Below are positions 47,970-55,645 of a stretch of 64,000 bases of DNA, piece after piece. A program made the position numbers and the translations under genes. Each line of letters opens with the position of its first letter. Positions within the stretch are counted from its first letter, which is position 1. Source of the stretch: Terriglobales bacterium. GTDB taxonomy: Bacteria > Acidobacteriota > Terriglobia > Terriglobales > Acidobacteriaceae. Under the pieces are notes generated by a model that was given only the letters and a program-made list of their open reading frames with translations, was not told the DNA's origin and searched no databases. The stretch is from positions 11,386-75,385 of the forward strand of contig JBOGLD010000112.1 of the NCBI GenBank assembly GCA_050745885.1. Reading direction: 5' to 3'.

Positions 47970-50046
47970 TCGGCGCGAGTTTTTCAAATTCCTTGGCGCC
48001 GGCATTTTGATTGTCGGTGTACTGAAGAATGCCCACGCACTCCAGGAATCGGGTGCAGTCAGGCGGACGGACGAATCGCTCCCAAAGGAAATCGGAGCTT
48101 GGCTGCATCTTGGAGAAAACGGCGTAGTGACGGTCTACACCGGCAAGGTGGAGGTCGGGCAGAACGTACGGACATCTCTCAGCCAGTGCGTCGCTGAAGA
48201 ACTGCATGTCCCGCTGAACAGAATCCAAATGGTGATGGGTGATACGCAGCTTACTCCGTTCGACATGGGGACCTTCGGCAGTCGCACCACCCCGACCATG
48301 AGTCCACAACTGAGGAAAGTTGCCGTAGCCGCTCGCGATTTGCTGATTGGTTTGGCGGCAGCCGAATGGCAGACCGATCGCAAACGCCTGATCGCTGTTG
48401 ACGGCAGAGTCACCGATCCAGCGACCAAACGATCTCTCGAATACGCAGCCCTGGTGAAAGCGCAACAGCTCACCCAAACCATCTCCACGGAAGAGGCTCT
48501 CATTCCGGCGGCTCAGTGGACGGTTCAAGGTCAATCACTGCCAAAAGTCGATGGGCGGGATTTTGTCACGGGGAAGCATCGGTTTCCGTCCGACCAGAAA
48601 CTGCCGGGAATGCTCCACGGCAAGATTCTACGGCCAAGGGCTTTCGGAGCGACTCTTCTTTCTATTGACACGCACGAAGCTGAACAAATTCCGGGGGTCA
48701 CCGTTGCCCGCGATGGCAATTTTGTCGGAGTCGTGGCTCCCAGCGCAGAAATTGCCTCTCGTGCCGTCGGCGCCATTCGCGCGGAGTGGAAGGCTGAACC
48801 GCAGCCCTCGAACAAAGAGCTGTTTGAGTATTTGAAGAAGAATGCGACCGAAGGCAAGGACCCGACAGGAGACGCGTCCCGCTACGAGGCAGGCTCGGTG
48901 GAAAAAGCGCTAGCGTCTGCCGATCATCGCCTGCAACAGACTTACACCGTCTCCTATATCGCCCACGCGGCGCTCGAACCCCGCGCTGCCTTGGCGCAAT
49001 GGGCGGGCGACAATTTAACCGTCTGGACGGGCACGCAGCGGCCTTTCGGCGTGCGGAGTGAACTGGCCGAGGCCTTTCGGATTCCAGAGGAAAGCGTCCG
49101 CGTGCTGATGCCGGATACGGGATCGGGGTACGGGGGCAAGCACACTGGGGAAGCAGCGATTGAAGCGGCACGACTGGCGCGGGCGGCGAAGCGGCCGGTC
49201 AAGCTGGTGTGGACCCGCGAAGAAGAATTCACCTGGGCATATTTCCGTCCGGCAGGCGTTATCGAAGTCAGCAGCGGTGTTCGCGGCGACGGCACAATCG
49301 CAGCCTGGGAATTTCATAATTACAATTCCGGCACGGCAGGAATCCGAACTTACTACGATATTGCGAACCAGCGGATCGAATTTCATCCCTCGCGCTCTCC
49401 CTTGCGACAGGGTTCGTACCGCGCGTTGGCGGCCACAGCGAATCACTTCGCCCGCGAATCCTTCATGGATGAACTGGCTCACCTGGTGAACATGGACCCG
49501 CTGGAGTTCCGCCTGAGGAATCTGAAGAACGAACGCCTGCGCGCCGTGTTTGAAGCAGCCGCAAAGAAGTTCGGCTGGGGTCAGACGAAAGCCGCGAGCC
49601 ATGGCGTCGGAATGGGCGGTGGATTCGAGAAGGCTGGAAACATCGCGACCTGCGCAGAGGTCATGGTCGATCGAAAAGGCGGCGAAGTCAGGGTGTTGCG
49701 CGTGCTGTCGGCTTTCGAATGTGGCGCCATCGTCAACCCCGACAACCTGAGGAATCAGATTGAGGGCTCGAACATCATGGGATTGGGCGGCGCGCTTTTC
49801 GAGGCCATCGAGTTCGAAAACGGACGTGTCCTAAACGGTCAATTCTCGAGCTACCGGGTTCCGCGGTTCCGCGATGTGCCCACGATCGAGACCGTCCTCC
49901 TCGATCGCAAGGACATCCCTTCGGCGGGCGCCGGCGAATGCCCAATGGTCGGGTTAGCTCCGGCCATCGGCAACGCCATTTTCGATGCGACGGGTGTACG
50001 GATCCGCTCACTGCCCATGGTTCCGAATGGGCTGAAAGTTGCCTAG
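47884..50046 (+). CDS. Molybdopterin-binding large subunit of xanthine-dehydrogenase-family oxidoreductase (IorB-like)
   Basis: AAGGAG lies 7 nt before the ATG. The N-terminus is typical (RREFFKFLGAGILIVG), the ORF is 720 aa, and aldehyde-oxidase/xanthine-dehydrogenase-type motifs are present (GTFGSRTT, GSGYGGK, ECGAIVNP). Confidence 0.85.
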   Translation: MSGKPDFQIPLEPERYELGAPPVYRFEVDRREFFKFLGAGILIVGVLKNAHALQESGAVRRTDESLPKEIGAWLHLGENGVVTVYTGKVEVGQNVRTSLSQCVAEELHVPLNRIQMVMGDTQLTPFDMGTFGSRTTPTMSPQLRKVAVAARDLLIGLAAAEWQTDRKRLIAVDGRVTDPATKRSLEYAALVKAQQLTQTISTEEALIPAAQWTVQGQSLPKVDGRDFVTGKHRFPSDQKLPGMLHGKILRPRAFGATLLSIDTHEAEQIPGVTVARDGNFVGVVAPSAEIASRAVGAIRAEWKAEPQPSNKELFEYLKKNATEGKDPTGDASRYEAGSVEKALASADHRLQQTYTVSYIAHAALEPRAALAQWAGDNLTVWTGTQRPFGVRSELAEAFRIPEESVRVLMPDTGSGYGGKHTGEAAIEAARLARAAKRPVKLVWTREEEFTWAYFRPAGVIEVSSGVRGDGTIAAWEFHNYNSGTAGIRTYYDIANQRIEFHPSRSPLRQGSYRALAATANHFARESFMDELAHLVNMDPLEFRLRNLKNERLRAVFEAAAKKFGWGQTKAASHGVGMGGGFEKAGNIATCAEVMVDRKGGEVRVLRVLSAFECGAIVNPDNLRNQIEGSNIMGLGGALFEAIEFENGRVLNGQFSSYRVPRFRDVPTIETVLLDRKDIPSAGAGECPMVGLAPAIGNAIFDATGVRIRSLPMVPNGLKVA

Positions 50047-50406
50047 TTTGTCTCCGCTGAGGGCTGCCGCCCGATTGCGATCGAATGATGTTAGTGCTTG
50101 GAGGCGCGCGTGATCCGACGGCTGCGCGGAATGTCGGTACTAGACCCCGACATTGCGCAAGGCATCCGCGCCTGTGGGAAATCGCGTGGACCGGCTTGGC
50201 AATGAGCGGACACAAGCCTGTTATGCCGGACCTGCAAGAAATAGCGCGGTTCCATCCTCGGGCCACCCTACTCGACCGTTGGTTGTTCGTTCAAGGCTAG
50301 CAAAACGGAGCCGAATGGGCTCTTGGGATAACAGGCAATCCTGATTTGGGCAGTTTACACAAAGATCAAATGGCGTTGAGCACCCCGACAAAAGAAGGCG
50401 GCGAGT

Positions 50407-50545
50407 TTATGCCACCCGGAGCAGTTCAGCAACCGTCCAAACATGGTGGTCAAACCCGCTTCCATCGCGGGCGTGACGCGCAAACTCGAACGCACACAGC
50501 AGAAATTGTAGTAGGCGAAACGCAGCGCGACAGCGGCTTTCTGGG
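50407..50545 (-). pseudogene. C-terminal relic of a transposase (YNF-x-R...TPAM motif type)
   Basis: The minus-strand translation gives KAAVALRFAYYNFCCVRSSLRVTPAMEAG, then after a 1-nt shift DHHVWTVAELLRVA and a stop. It resembles the conserved C-terminal tail of IS1/IS1595-like transposases. No upstream catalytic part exists because it abuts the stop of the outer-membrane protein gene. Confidence 0.45.
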
Positions 50546-50576
50546 GGAAACCGTCAAGTGAACCGTCTCACTGCAT

Positions 50577-51230
50577 TCAAAAATGCCAGACGATCCCGGC
50601 CGCCACAAAGAAGTTGTGCTGACGGCTCTTGCCGGTGTCAACATTGAGTTGTGGTACACCCGACCAAAAATCGCGTGCTTCTCCCCTCACACTAAACCTG
50701 CCAACGACTCTCACATCCAGTCCCACACCAGCTTGTACGACTCCTGTTGTGGTTCCCGTTTTACCTGTGTTCGGTAGGGCGGAGAGCGCAGTGGAGCTTT
50801 CACCGAAACGCCCGAACCCGCCACCGAAGCTGACCCACGGAGAGACGGCCGCATTGGAAAAAATGTTTAGGCGTGCTGAAGGAGTCACAAAGTAAGACCT
50901 AAAACTCTCCGGTATCTGACGGGCATCGGAATTCAAGTCTTCGTCCCAGTTGACGACGACGGGCACCTCAAGCGAGACCGAGGCGAAACCTGGTCCCAGC
51001 ACGCGACGAGCATAATTCCCTTCAAAAGTCAGGCCCTTGCCGAAATGCACGTTGTTATCGAAGAAGGTTCCTCCCCTAATGCCTTGATCGCTGATAAAAG
51101 TGCGTCCGAGGAGACCGGACAGTTCGTTCTGCTGCGCGCTGGCGCATGGCACAAAGGTGCAGGCAGCCAGCAAAGCCCCAACTGTTCGAAGTTTCAGAGA
51201 CATTGATCCTCCTAAAGGCTTGCTCGCCAT
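50577..51230 (-). CDS. Outer-membrane beta-barrel protein (OmpW/OmpA-beta-barrel-like)
   Basis: Signal peptide (LRTVGALLAACTFVPCASAQ), alternating amphipathic strands, and a C-terminal aromatic residue (...AAGIVWHF). Confidence 0.7.
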   Translation of the reverse strand: MASKPLGGSMSLKLRTVGALLAACTFVPCASAQQNELSGLLGRTFISDQGIRGGTFFDNNVHFGKGLTFEGNYARRVLGPGFASVSLEVPVVVNWDEDLNSDARQIPESFRSYFVTPSARLNIFSNAAVSPWVSFGGGFGRFGESSTALSALPNTGKTGTTTGVVQAGVGLDVRVVGRFSVRGEARDFWSGVPQLNVDTGKSRQHNFFVAAGIVWHF

Positions 51231-51731
51231 CTACCACACTGGGACTCGAATTCTGCAAGTATATATGCTGTCGGGATAGGAGCGCGGGGCGCAGGATGGA
51301 AATTCACAGAAACGGGGGCATGCGCGAGTCAAATTCAGGAACAGTCCGATGAAGCTTCTGGGTGAAAAACTGGCCAGCCTTCGCCCCGAGACAGCGGCGG
51401 CGGGCAACTGCCCTTCCAGAGGTCCAATCTGATCGGGGAATCCGCTTATAGCCCGCCGGCGGTAGCTCAGTCCGAACTCCTCCCCCAAATCCAAGAACAA
51501 GGGCCGACTGTCGTCCAAGTTCGATGACTGGCTCCGCCTGGCAGATCCGCGGCCAACTTGTCGCAAACAGAAGGGTTAACCGCGCGGTCCTGATCGGTTC
51601 GAAGTCCGTCGACCTAGAGACAGCATGAAAATAAATCGCAATATGCAGCAAAAGCTGTATTGCGACCTTGGCGAACAAAGGCTCAAGCTATCCTGCAGTG
51701 ATCGATAAACCACTAATAACCAGAGGATTTG

Positions 51732-51982
51732 ATGGGGGTGTTCAACACTTTTAAGGACGGCGAGTTGGTGCCTGCGTCAGGCGTGTATTTGGCTTTGCAT
51801 ACGACGCCTCACCGGTTAATCGAGCGTGCAACGTACGATGAAGGAGCCAATTTCAACCATGTGGGCTGTGTCCTTTGGGTGTTTTGTACCGGCTGGACGA
51901 ACCGTTCGTTCCCATATCCTCGAAACCCTCAAGTACCTCGCTTGCTCAAGGAGGAACCGGTAGCCCTTTAATCTGTGCCTGA
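51732..51982 (+). pseudogene. Small CxxC-containing ORF split by an apparent 1-nt deletion near 51843-51846
   Basis: AGAGGA then ATG at 51732 gives MGVFNTFKDGELVPASGVYLALHTTPHRLIERATYDEG. The -1 frame continues as SQFQPCGLCPLGVLYRLDEPFVPISS... to a TGA at 51982. The in-frame track continuation (ANFNHVGCVLWVFCTGW) looks less protein-like. Confidence 0.4.
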
Positions 51983-52109
51983 AGCCGTCGACGCGGTGCG
52001 TGGCTGCGTTCCCAAGCGCCGAACTGCGACCAAGCCGGCCCTGTTAAATTCACTCGCAACTTAGAGCGCGTGCAACGCATATACAAAACGCATATACAAA
52101 AAGCTGAAT

Positions 52110-52493
52110 TTGGAGGTTTCTGTGCGACATCTACTAGTCCTTTCAGTGCTGCTGCTCGGTGCGACCTGGGCCGCCGGGCAGAACTATCCAAGCCAAAAGA
52201 AGTCTGCCAATACCGGTAGCCAAACAACCGTCCAGGGCTGCTTGAGCGGTTCGGCGGGGAATTACATGCTGACCGACAAAAAGGGTAACACCTTTGACTT
52301 GACCGGCGACACTGCAAAACTGAATGAGCATGTCGGTCACGAAATGAAGGTGACTGGCACCAAAAGTGCGGCATCCGCATCGACGAGTGGCGCAGCCGCC
52401 GGCAGCACGATGGGACAAGCTCACGAAACGATCGACGTTACTTCCTTCAAACATATTTCCAAGACCTGTCAAAGTGGCGGGGCATCCCACTGA
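52110..52493 (+). CDS. Small secreted protein of unknown function
   Basis: Signal peptide (LLVLSVLLLGATWAAGQ) followed by a mature part beginning QTTVQGCLSGSAGNYMLTDKKGNTFDLTGD. A strong terminator follows. Confidence 0.6.
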   Translation: MEVSVRHLLVLSVLLLGATWAAGQNYPSQKKSANTGSQTTVQGCLSGSAGNYMLTDKKGNTFDLTGDTAKLNEHVGHEMKVTGTKSAASASTSGAAAGSTMGQAHETIDVTSFKHISKTCQSGGASH

Positions 52494-52507
52494 GTCTAAA
52501 GAGCAGT

Positions 52508-52545
52508 GAAGCCCAACCATGGGGTTGGGCTTCTGCTCATTTTTC
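52508..52545 (+). terminator. Rho-independent terminator
   Basis: GAAGCCCAACC-atgg-GGTTGGGCTTC forms an 11-bp perfect stem, followed within a few nt by a T-run (CATTTTT). Confidence 0.75.
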
Positions 52546-52755
52546 CAATGAGATCTTCGCACAACGCCGTGAATGATCACATCGGTCTGGATCCGAACAC
52601 ACCCTCATGAGGAGCGGGTGGAGACCTTAGTATTCCCCTAGCCGACTTCCCGGTACTGCTTCGTTCGGTGTCCATCTGGTCTACTTTCGGCTTGCCGACT
52701 TCATGGACACCCGCAACGAAAAAAAAGAAATAGGTCTTCCTTCAATGGTGCTGTC

Positions 52756-53007
52756 TCAGCGATCCAGTGCTGCCCTCGCGAAAAACAGGATGAGGAGGCT
52801 GGTGCCAATCAGTACCAGCATTGTGTGATGGTACAAGTCGTTCCTTGCTGTGCGCGGACCCCTACCCGCGGCCAGCGCAGCCATACCTAATAAAACTCCG
52901 CCGAGCGGCACCAAGTTGGCAATCAGCGTGGTGCGCCATGCAACCGGGGAAGGGCCAAACAGAGTGGCCACCCCCCACACCAATGATAGCCCGCAGATAC
53001 TCTCCAC
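52756..53007 (-). CDS. Possible small two- or three-helix membrane protein
   Basis: 83-aa ORF that is strongly hydrophobic (LVPLGGVLLGMAALAA, VLIGTSLLILFFA). No clear ribosome-binding site was checked and overlapping alternative ORFs exist. Confidence 0.3.
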   Translation of the reverse strand: MESICGLSLVWGVATLFGPSPVAWRTTLIANLVPLGGVLLGMAALAAGRGPRTARNDLYHHTMLVLIGTSLLILFFARAALDR

Positions 53008-53024
53008 AATTGCGGCCGGAATAA

Positions 53025-53200
53025 TATGCGGATGGCGTGAAGTGGCAGGAGTATGAAACCGAAATGGAAGATCGACTTATCGATCTGCACAATCGGGTGC
53101 ACCGTGGAGCGTGGCATGACACATACCGCAGAGGGGGGACTGGTTTCGGGCCGATAGTACCCGCCTCTGTGGCGTGCGTCAAGCCAAAGGGCGCGCAAGA
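53025..53200 (+). pseudogene. N-terminal relic of a group-II-intron/retron-type reverse transcriptase
   Basis: The translation YADGVKWQEYETEMEDRLIDLHNRVHRGAW matches the conserved pre-RT-domain segment of bacterial reverse transcriptases (DGVTW.EYE..LE.NL.DLH.RVHRGAY). Similarity fades afterwards, and none of the RT catalytic motifs are present. Confidence 0.45.
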
Positions 53201-53221
53201 GGAGCGCTGCCGTGGCCTGGC

Positions 53222-53611
53222 TCATGGCAGCTCCGCCTGGCGGAGTGTTCTCCGCAATGCCCTGAAGACCTCTTCAAATGGAGGGAGTGAAGTCATTTGA
53301 TGAGCCAATCTTGTGGTCCACAGTGCTCGTAGCCGCGCCTCTTTTCCTGCAATCGCTGTTTGGAGTCCTTCACAGGGCCGGCCGCGAAATTCCAGTTTCT
53401 CGCAGACTGCTGGAATGAGGGGTTCCATTTGGACACCTTCGTTCGATGTGAGATACCAAAGTGGCGTTTCTAAAAACGCGATACCCGGCCGATGACTCAA
53501 GCTATCTTCAAATACCCCGGTCAAATGTTTGTGGGAATCGCAACGCGAAAGATAGACGGCACCCTTGATCAGCAGGGGTTCGTACTGCTTAACGTCAAAG
53601 ATGATGGGCAA
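53222..53611 (-). CDS. Hypothetical ~129-aa protein immediately downstream of serine recombinase 1
   Basis: The open frame continues from inside the recombinase 3' end. The first plausible start is the TTG at 53611, 6 nt after the recombinase stop (PIIFDVKQYEPLLIKGAVYLSRCDSHKHLTGVFEDSL...). I do not recognise a family, and the 3' end overlaps the RT relic on the other strand. Confidence 0.35.
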   Translation of the reverse strand: MPIIFDVKQYEPLLIKGAVYLSRCDSHKHLTGVFEDSLSHRPGIAFLETPLWYLTSNEGVQMEPLIPAVCEKLEFRGRPCEGLQTAIAGKEARLRALWTTRLAHQMTSLPPFEEVFRALRRTLRQAELP

Positions 53612-53616
53612 TAGCC

Positions 53617-55182
53617 TCAGGACGGACCCGCCGTGGCGGCATCGGCGCGTAGTTGCCTGGCAACTTCGTGGAGTTGGGACAGGTCCTTCAGCGGAACACC
53701 CGTTCCAAACCATGCACTATTTTCTTTGAGCCTGCATGGTTTCAACTTATTCATAGATCGAAACATGAGGAAGTTATCAAAATCGTCATTCTTGGTATTC
53801 AGTCTACAAAGAAGGGTTACAAAATTAGCTTCCTCGGGAATCGGATTGAGCTTCCAACGCAGGTGACCTTCAGGTGTGCGACAGGTTGGACACAGGATCA
53901 CGGAGACGCAAACAGAATCGTCAAATCGAATTAACGAGCGCATCCTGCGAGGTAAGTGAAAAACCGTCATGCTGTGCCCAAACATAACGGCAATCCGGCT
54001 GAGTAGTTTTGCGCGCAAGCTCAGCGTGCCCATTCGGCTGTCCGCTCTGATGAAAGCATCTTTGGAAAACCGATAGCCAAGGATGTTATATATGCGCCGA
54101 AGGGAACCGAAATGGTGGTAGTACGTGGTAATCGCGGGCAGATTTGGTGCCTTGGCAATCAAAGGTTCAGTTATCTTCCCATATCGCTTTAGTAGCCTCT
54201 TCAAGCCCTTCAAGAGTTCTTCGTCGGATGTTCTCCGTGCTCGTTGTTGCAGCAAGAGTTGAACTCGATCAAATGTTTTCTGGTCGATGACCGGAACGAA
54301 AGCATCGGGCTTAACGGCCCACTGCTCGGGGGGAACAGGAGCGACCGGACTATACAGTCTTCTGGTTGAGCGATTCCATGTGTTCCATCCAGCATATTTG
54401 GGATTTCTCAGCGTTCTCGCGATAGTACCATTCGTCCACCGCCTTCCGCCTAGGAAGGAAATACCCGCCTCATTCAAGTGTCGGGCGATCTTGCTGAAAC
54501 TCATTTTCTTGAGAGCCATCGCAAAAATATTTCGTAGGCATTCGACTTCTTTCTTCGGCCCTGGAATCAATATCACGCGATCCGTCGTGAGAGCTTTGAT
54601 CTCTCCGGTACTCAATTTTTGTTTTGGCTTCCTATCCGAACCGATCATCATCCGGCGTAGTCCGTATCCAGGAATTGCGCCCATCCGAAACCCCATCAGC
54701 GCCAGCCGTTTGTGACCATCAAAAACCTTGACGGACAACTCCCGGCTGAACTCAGCCGCCATGGTTCTCTTTAGGGCTTTCATAATCGAACTAGGTTGCG
54801 TTCCGTCATTCGAGAACTGTTCGGCACAATAGTGGACTGGAATGCCGGCACGCTTGCAGAGAAATTCGTAGGCTGCCGCTTCATCCGAGTCTTGGAAACG
54901 ACCCCAGCGGCTAACGTCGTACACCAGAATCGCTTTGTACTGGGTCTTTTCCGCTACAACATCGCGCAGCAACTCCTTGAGGCTCTCACGGTGCCTCAAC
55001 ACCACTCCGCTCCGGCCAGCGTCCGCATAGGTTTTGATGACAACGAAGCCGTGCTGTGCGGCGTATCGTTCAATCGCGGCCTTCTGATTCTCAATTGAGT
55101 ATTCTTGAAGGTCTTTTGACATTCTTACGTACTGTGCGGCGGGAATGAGGCTGGGCGCGCCGACGGGAATACGGCTTGGCAT
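53617..55182 (-). CDS. Large serine recombinase (resolvase/invertase N-domain plus recombinase domain), copy 1
   Basis: GGAGGAA lies 3 nt before the ATG at 55182. The catalytic N-domain reads AAQYVRMSKDLQEYSIENQ...YADAGRSGVVLRHRESLKELL...ILVYDVSRWGRFQD, followed by a recombinase domain and a long C-terminal extension. Confidence 0.9.
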   Translation of the reverse strand: MPSRIPVGAPSLIPAAQYVRMSKDLQEYSIENQKAAIERYAAQHGFVVIKTYADAGRSGVVLRHRESLKELLRDVVAEKTQYKAILVYDVSRWGRFQDSDEAAAYEFLCKRAGIPVHYCAEQFSNDGTQPSSIMKALKRTMAAEFSRELSVKVFDGHKRLALMGFRMGAIPGYGLRRMMIGSDRKPKQKLSTGEIKALTTDRVILIPGPKKEVECLRNIFAMALKKMSFSKIARHLNEAGISFLGGRRWTNGTIARTLRNPKYAGWNTWNRSTRRLYSPVAPVPPEQWAVKPDAFVPVIDQKTFDRVQLLLQQRARRTSDEELLKGLKRLLKRYGKITEPLIAKAPNLPAITTYYHHFGSLRRIYNILGYRFSKDAFIRADSRMGTLSLRAKLLSRIAVMFGHSMTVFHLPRRMRSLIRFDDSVCVSVILCPTCRTPEGHLRWKLNPIPEEANFVTLLCRLNTKNDDFDNFLMFRSMNKLKPCRLKENSAWFGTGVPLKDLSQLHEVARQLRADAATAGPS

Positions 55183-55260
55183 GAGTTCCTCCAAAAAGGA
55201 GGACTTCGCTACGAGTCGAAGTTTGGCGGAAATTGAACCCCGGCTATCCTACACCACTGC

Positions 55261-55470
55261 CTAAAGAAAGCTCAGTCGGAAAGCACGAGGGTCAGCTCCC
55301 GTAATACGGAGGATCTCGCTCAAGATTTCTTCCCGCCTCTCCTGTCGATGACGGTAAGAGACTTCCTCGATTTCATCGCGCAGCTGCGTACGGTAGTAGT
55401 GACTGTCCCACAAATCTATTGCAATCAGTTCTGATTTGAGCTTTGCGAGGCGATCCGTGTCCACAGGCAT
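55261..55470 (-). CDS. Hypothetical 69-aa helical protein upstream of recombinase 1
   Basis: ORF on the same strand, ending 78 nt before the recombinase start. It is charged and helical (LAKLKSELIAIDLWDSHYYRTQLRDEIEEVSYRHRQERREEILSEIL), with a purine-rich stretch before the ATG. Confidence 0.4.
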   Translation of the reverse strand: MPVDTDRLAKLKSELIAIDLWDSHYYRTQLRDEIEEVSYRHRQERREEILSEILRITGADPRAFRLSFL

Positions 55471-55597
55471 CTCTCTTCTCGGGCATTCATTGCCTGTCTA
55501 GCAACCGCCATGCCAAGGTTCTGGCTTGCGACAACGGCCCGACTTAAGGAGTAAGGTTCATCAACAGCAGAAGGCTGCCGAACTTTCGGCACTGACT

Positions 55598-55617
55598 GCC
55601 GAGCCCTCGGCTTTTTT
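55598..55617 (+). terminator. Terminator-like hairpin plus T-run inside the 5' leader of recombinase 2
   Basis: GCCGAG-cc-CTCGGC is followed by TTTTTT and lies 29 nt upstream of the ATG at 55646. A second hairpin, GCCGA-actt-TCGGC, lies at 55577-55590. Confidence 0.4.
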
Positions 55618-55645
55618 AAGGCTGAGCAGATCAGGAGAACTTGCC

